Shown: positions 25,463-37,860 of the stretch, in pieces | Layout of the letters: every line of letters begins with the position of its first letter | Position numbering within the stretch: position 1 is the first letter of the stretch | DNA from: Octopus vulgaris | Lineage: Eukaryota | Assembly: GCA_951406725.2 (NCBI GenBank) | Contig: OX597832.1 | Coordinates: 52,452,001 to 52,516,000 of the forward strand | Length of the DNA stretch: 64,000 nucleotides | Direction: 5' to 3' | Program-made: the position numbers and the translations under genes | Notes under the pieces: generated by a model | Database searches by the model: none | The model's input: the letters and a program-made list of their open reading frames with translations, nothing else | Told to the model about the DNA's origin: nothing

Positions 25463-26512
25463 AAGTGGCTTGAAAAACCTTTGGGAAGCTGATGTAGTAG
25501 CTGCAGTGCGTTGGTTGAAAGCCGAAACAGAAGGATTTATTCCAGCAGCACAAGACCAGAGTCTTCTCAGCCGGAACTATCAAGATAATGTCACATACAA
25601 TGAGGTAGACACAAAGTGTAGACTCTGCTATGACAAACTTGAGAGTATTGACCATATTATTGCTCGTTATTCAGTCCTTGCCCCTACAGACTATAAAACC
25701 AGGCATAATCGAGTTGACCATTACTTGCACTGGAGAATATGACGTCTCTAAAGTATCCCGCACCCTAAGGACAGGTATGAACATCATCTAGAGCCAATCA
25801 CTAAAGGAGAGAATGCTACCATTCTATGGGATTATGAAATACATACAAACAGGCAAATAAATGCTAACAGACCAGACATCGTTATCAAAGACCTAAAACA
25901 AACAAAAAATGCCTGTTAATTGATATGACAGGACCAACTGATAGAAACATCTCAGCAAAGGAATTTGAAAAACTGTCGAAATATAAGGACCTTGAGATTG
26001 AGTCCTTGCCCCAACAGAATATAAAACCAGGCGTAATCGAGTTGACCATTACTTGCACTGGAGAATATGACATCACTAAAGTATCCCGCACCCTAAGGGC
26101 TGGTATGAACACTATCCAGAGCCAATCCCTGAAGGAGAGAATGCTACCATTCTATAGGATTATGAAATACATACATTCAGGCAAATAAATGATAACAGAC
26201 CAGATATCGTCATCAAAGACTAAAACAAATTTTTTTTTAAATGCCTGTTAATTGATATGACAGTACCAACTGATAGAAACATCTCAGCAAAGGAATTTGA
26301 AAATCTGTCGAAATATAAGGACCTTGAGATTGAGATATCTAGGAAGTGGCAATTAAGAACCAAAACCATCCTGTTGTTGTAGCTGTCCTGGGAATGATCA
26401 AGAAAGGTACTGATAAATTTTTTGAACAGATCCCTGTGAAACCAATAATCTATGGGATTGAAAAAAACTGTGTTGACATCAACCGCCCACATTCTCTGGA
26501 AATTTCTCTCCA

Positions 26513-26564
<52 letters not shown>

Positions 26565-26662
26565 CCTTAGGTCTCTGGTTGAGACCAGTCGGAAGATGAG
26601 ATAAAAATGCAATTCAATCGGAAAATGCTGCTGATGATAATAATAATAATAATAATAATAAT
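25463..26662 (+). mobile_element. R4/Dong-type LINE 3' fragment with an internal ~328-bp tandem duplication
   Basis: LKAETEGFIPAAQDQ, KCRLC..ESIDHI, YKTRHN, ILWD, NRPDIVI, LIDM, EKLSKYKDLEIE; (AAT)n tail. Confidence 0.85.
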
Positions 26663-26771
26663 ATGCATGTGCCTGGTGTACCCTTATCGGACGGGTAGTC
26701 ATGATGGGTATACTGGGCTTCGTATATTTTACCCCAGTGTCACTTTGATGGCATGAACTGCTCTCTCACTC

Positions 26772-26839
<68 letters not shown>

Positions 26840-26906
26840 TAATAATAGGTGTATGGAAAACACTCGGCGAGAAACGGAAGAAAATTTGAAGAAAGGAAAA
26901 AACGTG

Positions 26907-26970
<64 letters not shown>

Positions 26971-26981
26971 TAATAATGAGG

Positions 26982-27023
<42 letters not shown>

Positions 27024-27109
27024 AAATAAATACTGGAGTTGATTTGTTTGTGTAACTCTTTCTAGGTGGTGCCCCAGCATAGCCGCAGTCCAATGACTGG
27101 AACAAGCGA

Positions 27110-28033
27110 GTGTTGCTGTGCTGAAGAAACATCCCGTGTCGCCGGTTAGGTTGATTCAGCTGGATTGTTCCGCTTTGTTTTTCTTTTGGGCGAAACATTT
27201 ACTGAATGCAAAGCTCTGCATTAGCCGTGTGGTTGTTTTCAAGCCCTTCGTATTGTATTAGCCCTTCCCAACCCAACCAAATGAAGATCTTCGTCTCGCG
27301 TGGATGCAGGTCAGGTTTGGTTCAAAGCGTTGCTTACTTGTCGAAACTCAGCCATTTTGTTTTCCCTCTACTTCATATTGACGTAAAGATGTCATTTTCC
27401 ATCGGGCTGTGACGATGCGGTAAAGAAATCTCTGTTTATGTTCATGAGTCACCTGTGTGTCCATGAGTGTCGTGTGAGCAAACTGTTAGCGATAGAGGAG
27501 CACAGGAGTTTGTCTTTGTCGTACGCCGAGGCTTCGAACCTTACCCTTCGAGTGAAGCTGACGATCAACGTTATCCCATCTGCCGAGTCAATTTCCTAGT
27601 GGACTTGCACAAATCCTCGTGGATGAGTTCGTTCAAGCGATCCTCATTGAACTGAGTAGGTCGGCCGGAACGCGTGGAGTTAATGAAGTTGAATCCCCCT
27701 CCTTGGAGCGTAAAAAGCATTTCTCTGCAGTTCTTTTAGTAACTGCGCCTTCTCTGTAAAACAGCATAAATATCTCGAGCGGTTTTGGCAGCTTTGGAAT
27801 CTTAATTGAAATCAAAGAGAAGCAGGTGTCGAAAATACTCATTTTCTTTTTCTACTTGACATTGCATCGTCATATGTCTGGAAAGAAATCTAATTTGTTC
27901 AAATTTCAAAAAAGATAAACAAAAGTTGTAGACGAAGAACAGAGCTACTCAGGCCACAAAAGGAACTGCTTTAGAAGTAATTTTCGTGTTAATTCAAATA
28001 TTGGAAAGGAACGAGCGAATTTATCTGACAAAC
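27110..28033 (-). mobile_element. Highly degenerate mariner remnant
   Basis: Frameshifted fragments EGAVTKRTAEK.F.R.KEGD, RLNELIHED and HPRETKIFIW resemble mariner HTH and catalytic segments. Confidence 0.5.
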
Positions 28034-28034
28034 C

Positions 28035-28083
<49 letters not shown>

Positions 28084-28539
28084 ACGTGCGTTTGTGTATA
28101 CATTATATATTTATGTATGTATGTATGTATGTATGTATATACTTGGTTATACTTTTACTTCTTCAAGCGACTACAACATTGCGCTTCAAGGGAATCGGGA
28201 ATCTCTAACTCCCTTTGATTTGCTTTACTAGATCCTCAATTTTACGTTGTATGTCGCTGCCATCGACGTCAATGTAGTTGAGTGATGTTTGTCCTCCATT
28301 AGGGCGCAGAAGTTTTCAAAATATATCGCCTGAGATAGCCCGGTGTCCAGCACGATAGCAGTGGTCAGCAAAGCCTACCCTGTGATGAGCATCAATTGTA
28401 GAGACGGGCGGAATTTGTCCATAAATTTCCTCTATTGTCTTGTACTTATGCCATGAGATATCTTGAGCCCTCGTGAAAAGCCTGGTTCATGCACCATCAA
28501 GGATGTTTTGAAGCACTTTATCCATAGTCCAGGTTTTGG

Positions 28540-29570
28540 CTCCACGGAGAAGAATTCTCTCCACATATGCCCGTAAGAAGGTCACCTTTACTGATTTTGA
28601 AGTACTTGGCTGCTAAGATGCTTTTAATCTTGTCCAGGCACATCTTTGTGTGTTGGGAATTCTTTCTTACAGACAGTAATACAGGACCCAAGGAACTTAA
28701 AGTCACCGACCTCCTATCGTTGGAACAAGACAGACGACTTTCATCTCCGTTGATGGACATGTATTAAATCTTGTTTGCATTGAAAAACCAACATTCTCCG
28801 AGAATGTTAACAAAAATCTTGTTCATCACGCAGTTGATGAGTGTGAAAGAAAAACATCTCCTTAGCCGAGGAAACAACAGCTTTCTTGGAGTCTTCAACT
28901 ATTCCACTTCCAAGGAAAGGTAATCTTCATTCACCAGTCTCAGAACAACAGAAAGAATCACGCTCTCATTTCTAGCCTGAAAGAACCTACAGCTCAATTT
29001 TCCTTTACAGAATTTCCCCTCACATTGATATCATCCTATGATCAAACCAAAATGGCTTCCACAAAAGCAGACCAACACTACTGAAGGCTCTTGCTCTTAG
29101 AAGAATCATAAAAGTGCTCAGAATCTCCATGCAAAACTCATCAATTGTATTTGTAAATTTCTCCAATGTATTTGATATAGTACCAACAGAAAGGTCAAGA
29201 TACATATCCGGTTGAATTAGGGTATCCTAGATGAGATTGTCAAAGCCATTAGCCTCTTTTATGAGACCCCATCAAGCTTTGTGCAAAACACAAACAAACC
29301 AACTAAAGAGTTCTTAATATCAGCGGAAGACACCCTAAGTTTAAGAGACATCAATGCTTCTTGTCTCTTTGTGATTTCAACGGACGGCATCCTTATACAA
29401 AGTTTTGACTCCTAGCCAAAACAAAGGTCTCACCATTCATTAAGCAGAAGCAAATAAAACTACAGCAGAGCCCGTATCTCTCTAACCTTGACGATTCATA
29501 GAGGTCAGTTGCCTGGCAGATGAGAACATCCAAAATTATTTATGGAAAACTACTTCGAAACTTGCAGCTC
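28540..29570 (+). mobile_element. Degenerate LINE reverse-transcriptase remnant
   Basis: Fragments LPRKGNL, NQNGFHKSRPT, LALRRII and IVFVNFSNVFD correspond to early RT motifs; many stops. Confidence 0.55.
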
Positions 29571-29949
29571 CTTTAGCCTGATTATCAATTCACAATCATA
29601 ACAATAATAATTAGTGCACTTCGGTTACGTTAGCAAATGTTTAGGTGACAATCTGGAAAGCTAAGATTTTCGGGGAAAGAAAAAATATTGGTAAACACGC
29701 ACTTTGCAAACACATTCTGGAAGCAGAGCAGTAAAAATATGCAAGATTGTTCAACACAGTTCAATGCTTACTGTTGTTATTATCCATATAGCAGCGATGA
29801 AATTTTGATTCTTTGTTAGAAACTAGAGTATGGATGATGGATGGTCAGGGAATGTTATGGAGGAATGATAATGGATAATGATACTTTGAAATTTACCTAT
29901 TTCTTATTTGGGGAAACGGTCGAGAAAGTATGAGGCAAATAATATATGA

Positions 29950-30341
29950 AACAAATTTAATTTGCATTTACACGAAAGTTACCACAAGAGGTTTGAAGTG
30001 AGTAATTTTTCAAGCAGTTTGTCATGCAGAACTGTTTTACGTATCAGTCCCCCAAATATCGTATCTCATCATATCTTCATTATTCGCTCTTCGGTTGCGA
30101 CATTCAAAGTTCGGTGTACTCTGGCGGAAGCGCTCGACTTGCTCCACTGAATACGCTCCCGTGATCATCAGAATGAGTACCAACAAAATGGACTTTTAGA
30201 GACATCTCACAACCAGTTTTGCTGCAGTTTTTCAACAGTCTCAATTGAGACTCCACATATTTTTCTGCCTTGTGATTGCCAAGGAAGCCACGAATCCCTG
30301 CGGCAAATCTGTCCCAATCTTTCTTTTTCTGTTGAGCATAA
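29950..30341 (-). mobile_element. Degenerate DNA-transposase C-terminus (tentatively Chapaev3/CMC-like)
   Basis: GFLGNHKAEKYV...GCEMSLKVHF..H.D...EQVERFRQ...MMRYDIW resembles the MSLKxHFLHSH...GERFHQ motif. Confidence 0.4.
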
Positions 30342-30357
30342 TGGGCAATTCTGTACA

Positions 30358-30503
30358 ATATTTACATTATTTACATTCGACGAATATTTGTCCTCATCTT
30401 GTTTGTTGTTAACACAACGTTTCGGCTGATATACTCTCCAGCCTTCTTCAGGTGTCTTGGGGAAATTTCGAACCTGAGTTCTCATTCCTAAGGTATTTTT
30501 CGA

Positions 30504-30535
<32 letters not shown>

Positions 30536-30886
30536 GTGTTCAGGTCACTGCTTGGAATCGAACTCGGAATCTTAAGGTTAGTAGCCCGCGCTCGGAACCT
30601 TGGGGTTTAGTAGGCCCACGGGCATATGGCGTTGTGGTTAAGAGTGCGGGCCACAAACCTCAAGATTCCGAGTTCGATTCCAAGCAGTGACCTGAACACT
30701 AATAAAATACCTTAGGAATGAGAACCAAGGTTCGAAATTTCCCCCATGACACCTGATGAAGGCTGGGAGGTATATCAACCAAAACGTTGTGTTAACAACA
30801 AACAAGATGATGACAAATGTCCGTTGAATGTAAATAATGTAAATAATGTACATAATTCCTCATCTCTTAAATATAGAACTGTATCG
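30358..30886. mobile_element. Fold-back hammerhead element with tRNA-like heads, locus 2
   Basis: Divergent arms; A-box TGGCGTTGTGG at 30627-30637 and B-box GAGTTCGATTCC at 30670-30681; hammerheads at 30411-30456(-, intact) and 30748-30793(+, G12A); TSD TGGG(C/A)AATTCTGTACA. Confidence 0.82.
30411..30456 (-). ncRNA. Minimal type-I hammerhead ribozyme motif
   Basis: GACAC-CUGAAGA-A-GGCUG-loop-CAGCC-GAAA-CGU-U-GUGUU. Confidence 0.72.
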
Positions 30887-31259
30887 TGGGAAATTCTGTA
30901 CATTCTAGGACAGTCGTGGGCAAACTACGTCTCACTGGATTTTCGGAATGGTATGTCTAACGAAAAATGATGTTACATTTTTCAGTAGTGCAGCCCGTCT
31001 GATGATTAGCTGTCTCATTCGGCCTGTTTCTCGAAAAACGGTTGGCTATTCCTACTCTCGGATCTTTTTTGGCCTGACAAAGATAACTAGTTCGACTTCT
31101 GCCTCAGACAGCTTAGGAAAGATCTCTTGAATGTACTTAAAGGCTACAAAATCATTATCAAGAGTCGTGACAAAGTAATTTTATGTTGAATCACGGGAAC
31201 AACACCTTCCAGGTGTCCAGCAATGGCTTGAACCTGACATTGTTACTCGTCACAGAAAA

Positions 31260-31700
31260 CTCGGTCTGCTGCAGTCAGTGTCGTCTGTGGTAGTGCGCCT
31301 GTCTCTGGTGTACTTACTTACTTGTACTTGTACTTGTGGAGACATTCACCCTGGGCGGGTTGAGTCGGCTTCTTCTACCACCCTCGAGGGTTGGAAGAAG
31401 TTTCGTGGCAATATGTGGATTTCACAAGCGGTCCCCAACAATCCCGCATGTAGAAACATCCTGTTTGCCGCAGATTGTACGACCGAGGAGCCGCCGGTTG
31501 CCGAAGCAGACACTCCGAGGATTTTCACCAGAGCCCCGTCTGCCGGGTTGTGGCCCTAATACCACTCGGTGTCAGACCAATCCGCCTTGGGTGGCCCTAC
31601 CAGGAACCGAAGTTCCCGACGGCATAGCTCTGACACTACCCGTTGTCAGCGTCCCCGCCACAGTGAGAAGGGGATGGACTTTGGGGACGCTCTGGTGTAG
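31260..31700 (-). mobile_element. Probable RTE-clade LINE 5' region
   Basis: GC-rich island; minus strand AGAGCTATGCCGT...GTAGGGCCACCCAAGGCGG..GGTCTGACA resembles the 5' segment of RTE/BovB elements. Confidence 0.4.
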
Positions 31701-33714
31701 CTGTTGTCCCAAAGGCAAAAATATCGAATAAACTTGGCAAAGCCACACTAGGGACTCATCAGGAATCTCACCATTTCGAAGGCTCCAATAATCTCCTAGC
31801 CACAATCATCATACTTCGAGGTACCTAGAAAGGTCTTGATGCAGTTGTATTGTTCTTTGCATTGCCCTGAATAAGCTAGAGGAAGACAGATATTTTTACC
31901 TCCTGTTATGGAGAGTCACGGCTTTGAGACTCAGGATGTCTTTCTCAGACAGACTGATCGCATCTTGACAGAAGCAGAAATCATGTTGATGGATAAAGGA
32001 TGTAGATGACACTTCTGATTTGTGACTCAGACACTTTCATCGAAACCAGTTCAATAGCATGAGGCCAAACGTTAAAAACTGGGCACTGGATTTGTGAAGG
32101 TAAGATATTTGGTCAAGTCATTGAAGTCTTTTGCCTTTTATTTGTTCCAGTCGCTGGGACACAACTTCGAAGGATTCAGTCGGATAAATTGACCTCAGTA
32201 CTTATCTTTTAATTCTGGTACTTATGCTATCGGTTACTTTTGCTGAACCGCCAAGTTGTGGTTGTCAAAAAAAAGACACATACATACGTTTATGTATGTA
32301 TGTCTCTTTTATTTTTTAATTATTATAAATCTTCCACAGAGGAGGGAGCCGGTTTCCAACAAAGATACAAGGCTCCATCTTTGGGATGTAGTTAACATGT
32401 ATGTATTCATGTACGTATGTATACAAACAACGGCCTTCCACGCAGTTTCTATCTACCAAAATTCACTTAAAACGCATTAGTCGGCCCAAAACTATAGTGG
32501 AAAACACTTGCCCAAAGTACCGCGGTACCATGCAGTGGGACTGAACCCGAAACCACCTGATTGCAAAGCGAGCTTCTTAACCACACAGCCACGCCTGCGC
32601 CTGTGATGGTAACTGTCCTTAATTTATTGGGAACAATATTTTATTATTTAATTACTATATTTTGTTATTTAATCATATTTTATTATTTAATTACTATAGT
32701 TTGTTATTTAATTATTATATTTTATTATTTAATTAGTCTCAAAGCAACGGTAAAGAAGAACTGTCTGTAGCTGAGGTAAACAAGTAAACGTCTGTCTTAT
32801 GCAATATATCGGTTATTTTTTTTTAGGAGAAACCGCACAAAGTGTTTACATGACATAATAATCGATATTAGGAGCTAAAAATTTGATAAATCCAGTGTAA
32901 AAAATTAAAATCTGCTCGTAAAATATTTTTTTTGAAAGACGAAATGATGGACGGGCAGACAACGTACTTAATGCGATGCGATTTTATTTATGGACTGAAG
33001 ATAACTGAAATGGGGAGGAAGAGAAAAATATGAAGCTTTACCTTTTGGAATACTTGTCTGTGACAATTATCATAATCTGGCAATTGCCTGTTGACTGGCA
33101 CCTCCTTTGATGTGTCTATGCTTTTGAAAAGGTCACAAGTTTTACCAATGCTGACAGCATGACATTTAACAAAAACAAAACGAGAAAACTGCCAAAAAAT
33201 CAGGTTCAGCGAAGTATTTTAACCTTACGCTGAAATTGAAATAAACTGCTTAATAAAATCATGTTTCTTTTCCTTAAATATCTTCATTGTCCATATTAAA
33301 TAAATAACTTTTAAAGTTTATTGCAGCTATTTTATGTGCACGATCTCTCTATTATATCTGTGCTACACGTCTATTCGTATGAATGGTTATGTTGTGCGCG
33401 TGTTGTCTGGTTATTATTATTTGCGTGTGGGCACTTTGCGATCGTGTGTGTGTATGAAGGGTGGTTGTGTGTGTGTGTGCGTGAGTATGTGCCCGTGTAT
33501 GTGTGTATGCTGTGTGTGTGTGTGTGCTTTGATTAATACCGAGTTAGATAATAGATTTGCGAAGTAATGTATACACCTATCTTATCACTAATATAAAGCT
33601 ATGAAGATGTAGCTAAGAATAAGACGAAGAAGAAATTCTATTACTAATTAAAAATGCAAGAAATAAATCGCAAAACAATATAATTGATTCAATCAATATA
33701 TCAATAAAGTAATC

Positions 33715-34100
33715 TATTATCTTTGCAATGGAATGTTCAAAGGAAGATGAACAGCGTCGACAATTCTTTTCAGGGTCTCCAAGAGTGGTGTAGGAAAGGT
33801 GGAGGGTACCCTCAGACAAGAGTTAAAAGTAGGCTACGGATTGAAGCTCCCAGACTTGACCCCATCCAACTGCAAGAACGGGGGCTTCTACACAGAAATT
33901 GTCAACCAAATTTACAATGTTTTTGGTTGAACTAAGGCTGTTGGTAGAAAGATAATTCTTGCCCAGATACACGTGTGTTTATCATAGCTTCCCAACGAGA
34001 TCGGTGGGGCCGTTTCCAGCAGAAAATTGGTTTGGAATCCAGACAACTGAAGAAAGACATCAACATAGCAACTGAAACCATTTCAAGGTGCTGCCGTTGA
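33715..34100 (+). mobile_element. Possible degenerate LINE APE-endonuclease start
   Basis: LQWNVQ...IQLQE motifs only. Confidence 0.25.
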
Positions 34101-34116
34101 TAAGAGACTGCAGGTG

Positions 34117-34885
34117 AGCGAGCTGGCAGAAACGTTAACACGTCGGGCGAAAAGCTTTGCGGTATTTCGTCTGCCGTTACGTTGTGAGTTCAAATTCCGC
34201 CGAGGTCGACTTTGCCTTTCATCCTTTCGGGGTCGATAAATTAAGTACCAGTTAAGCACTGGGGTCGATATAATCGACTTAATACCTATGTCTGTCCATG
34301 TTTGTCTCCTCTATGTTTAGCCCCTTGTGGGTAATAAAGAAATAGGTATTTCGTCTGCCGCTACGTTCTGAGTTCAAATACCACCGAGGTCGACTTTGCC
34401 TTTCGTCCTTGTGGGGTCGATTAAATAAGTACCAGTTACGCACTGGAGTCGATATAATCGACTTAATCCGTTTGTCTGTCCTTGTTCGTCCTCTCTGGGT
34501 TTAGTCCCTTGTGGGTAATAAAGAAATATGTATTTCGTCTGCCGCTACGTTCTGAGTTCAAATTCCGCCGAGGTCGACTTTTCCTTTCGTCCTTGTGGGG
34601 TCGATTAAATGAGTACCAGTTACGCACTGGGGTCGATATAACCGACTTAATCCGTTTGTCTGTCCTCTCTGTGTTTAGCCCCTTGCGGGTAGTAAAGAAA
34701 TAGCTATTTCGTCTGTCTTTACGTTCTGAGTTCAAATTCCGCCGAGGTCGACTTTGCCTTTCATCCTTTCGGGTTCGATTAAATAAGTACCAGTTACGCA
34801 CTGGGGTCGATGTAATCGACTTAATTCCTTTGTCTGTCCTTGTTTGTCCCCTCTATGTTTAGCCCATTGTGGGCAATAAAGAAAC
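34117..34885 (+). mobile_element. SINE-A multimer (one head plus four bodies)
   Basis: Units of ~172-185 bp; single TSD AAGAGACTGCAGGTG at 34102-34116 and 34886-34900. Confidence 0.87.
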
Positions 34886-35157
34886 AAGAGACTGCAGGTG
34901 GAACCCTTGTACTGACTAAAGCTAATCCATTCAGGAGAAGCGTACAGGGTAACGGGCGAAACACTTGTGATCATGAGATTCCTACTGAAGATATAGAAGG
35001 GTTTCCAATATTGCGAATACTTTAATCAGCTCCAGGAGAAGAACTTGCAATATTTTTAAGAAACTCTAACAGTTTCTGTATAAAGTATAGCATCTCTGAG
35101 TTTTATTTTACTAATATACATATATTTCTCTTCTCTTCACTCTCTCTCTCCCTCCCT

Positions 35158-35202
<45 letters not shown>

Positions 35203-35248
35203 GACTGCTATTTCCAGCAAACATTGGTGCCCTGTTGTGCCACTATTT

Positions 35249-35317
<69 letters not shown>

Positions 35318-37711
35318 GGGCGGACGGACGGACAGACAGACAGATATACATATATATATAAGCCTTCGAAAAGATAAGTTATGTTTTTATTTTAAGAAAT
35401 ATTGTTAAATGTTTTTCGATTATTTATAGTTAATACACGTATTTTTCTATATTTATTTGATAATTAGTATAAGTTAAGATAAGTATATTTATTCTATTAT
35501 TATTTTTTTTTATTGCTGTTGTATTTAGGAATGGTCATTTTGCCAGTTTAGCCAATAAAAACACACGCACTATATATTTGGTGTTAATTTGCTTCAGTGT
35601 TATTCATTCTTTACATTAATCTTAATCTTATTTCGGCCAGAGTTCTTTCGTCACCCTCCTGTGACCGCATCAGTGGTCCTTTGCTTTCTTCTTTCGTATT
35701 TGTATTTCTCTTTACTAACGGTCAGCCATTTTGTATTCCTATTGTATGTGTCTTTATTTGCTCATGCGTATACCTCTATGTATGTCTAAGTTTAGTTAGT
35801 GTGTGTGTGTGTGTAGGGGTGGGGGAAGTGCTTGTAATATTTGTATCTCCTGTTTATGCGCTCGTGTAATTTGTTTTTGTTTATTTTGTTCATGCGTTTA
35901 CACCTACTCTTTTACTCGTTTCAGTCATTTGACTGCGGCCATGCTGGAGCACCGCCTTTAGTCGAGCAACTCGACCCCAGGACTTATTCTTTGTAAGCCC
36001 AGTGCTTATTCTATCGGTCTCTTTTGCCGAACCGCTAAGTGACGGGGACGTAAACACACCAGCATCGGTTGTCAAGCAATGCTAGGGGGACAAACACAGA
36101 CACACAAACATATATATAAACATATATATACATATATACGATAGGCTTATTTCAGTTTCCGTTAACCAAATCCACTCACAAGGTATTGGTCGGCCCGAGG
36201 CTATAGTAGAAGACACTTGCCCAAGGTGCCACGCAGTGGGACTGAACCCGGAAACCATGTGGTTCGTAAGCAAGCTACTTACCACACAGCCACTCCTACT
36301 TATTATTTTTTATAAAGACACCATGTTTCTCTCTCAAATGCATTTAATTCAGGTTCTCAACAAACCCAGATGTTACTTTCACTCTATGACACTTCTTACA
36401 TAAACTTTAATATGATCTGTTTGTTTGGAGTGAAGGCAGCAAGCTGGCAGAAACGTTAGCGCGCTGGGTGAAATGCTTAACTGTATTTCGCCTAATTTAC
36501 AAATTTTTTTATAGGCGTAGGAGTGGCTGTATGGTAAGTAGCTTGCTTACCAACCACATGGTTCCAGGTTCAGTCCCACTGCATGGCACCTTGGCCAAGT
36601 GTCTTCTACTATAGCCTCAGGCCGACCAAATGAAATGCTTAACTGTATTTTGCCTAATTTACAAATTTTTTTATAGTCGTAGGAGTGGCTGTATGGTAAG
36701 TAGCTTGCTTACCAGCCACATGGTTCCAGGTTCAGTCCCACTGCGTGGCACCTTGGCCAAGTGTCTTCTATTATAGCCTCGGGCCGACTAAAGCCTTGTG
36801 AGTGGATTTGGTAGACGGAAACTGAAAGAATCCCGTCATATATATGTATATATATATGTGTGTGTGTGTTTGTTTTTCTGTGTTTGTCCCCCCTCCCACC
36901 GCAACATCGCTTGACAACCAATGCTGGTGTGTTTACGTCCCCATAACTTAGCGGTTCAGTCATTTGACTATGGCCATGCTAGAGCCCCACCTTTAGTCAA
37001 GCAAATCGACCCCAGGACTTATTCTTCATAAGCCTAGTACTTATTCTATCAGTCTCTTTTGCTGAAAACACACCAGCACCGGTTGTCAAGCGATGTTGGG
37101 GGGACAAACACAGACACACACATACATATATATACGACAGGCTTCTTTCAGTTCCCATCTACCAAATCCACTCACAAGGCTTTGGTCGGCCTGAGGCTAT
37201 AGTAGAAGATACTTGCCCAAGGTGCCACGCAGTGGGACTGAACCCAGAACCATGTGGTTGGTATAAGCAAGCTACTTACCACACAGCCACTCCTACGCCT
37301 CTTGTTAAAATTTATCTGGAATAAAGTGGTTATACTTCTACAATGCACAAAATATTCTGACAATTGAACCTAGAAAGTTAACCTCTGGGGCACAAGACTG
37401 GACAAGGTTATTTGTGGAAGACAAGCAGTTGCCCATACATATCAGTCTCTCCTCTCCACACCACTAAGGTTATCCAAGGGGAAGGCAAAGGGTGATACAG
37501 CTCTGCACCAGTGACATTGCAACTCATTTCTACAGTTGAGTAAACTGGAGCTATATAAAATAAAGTGTCTTGCTCAAAAACACAACACACAGCCCAGTCT
37601 AGGAATCGAACTCAGTACCTCATGATTGTGAGCCCGATGCTCTAACCACAGAGCCATGCACCTTCACTACTGTTTTTATACAATTTCCTAATAATATTTA
37701 ATTATATAACT

Positions 37712-37860
37712 ATGCTGTTGTGTCTGGGGAGAGTCATTTTCTTTTTGTGCCTTATAATTTAACACACTCACCGGTAAAATTTCCACTTTTTTCTTATTTT
37801 TATTTCCCTAAAATTTTCGTTGCGTCTTGCAACCTTTTCAATAGTCTTGACTCTGTCCGT
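37712..37860 (+). repeat. Unclassified dispersed repeat (second copy at about 58705-58818, minus)
   Basis: GAGAGTCATTTT..TTTTTGTGCCTTATAATTTAACAC..CACC.GTAAAATTTCCACTT shared in inverted orientation. Confidence 0.6.

Noticed and set aside
30620-30697. Functional tRNA gene (also the heads of SINE families A, B and D)
   Set aside because: A/B boxes are present, but there is no convincing acceptor stem or cloverleaf, and the sequences are embedded in dispersed repeats.
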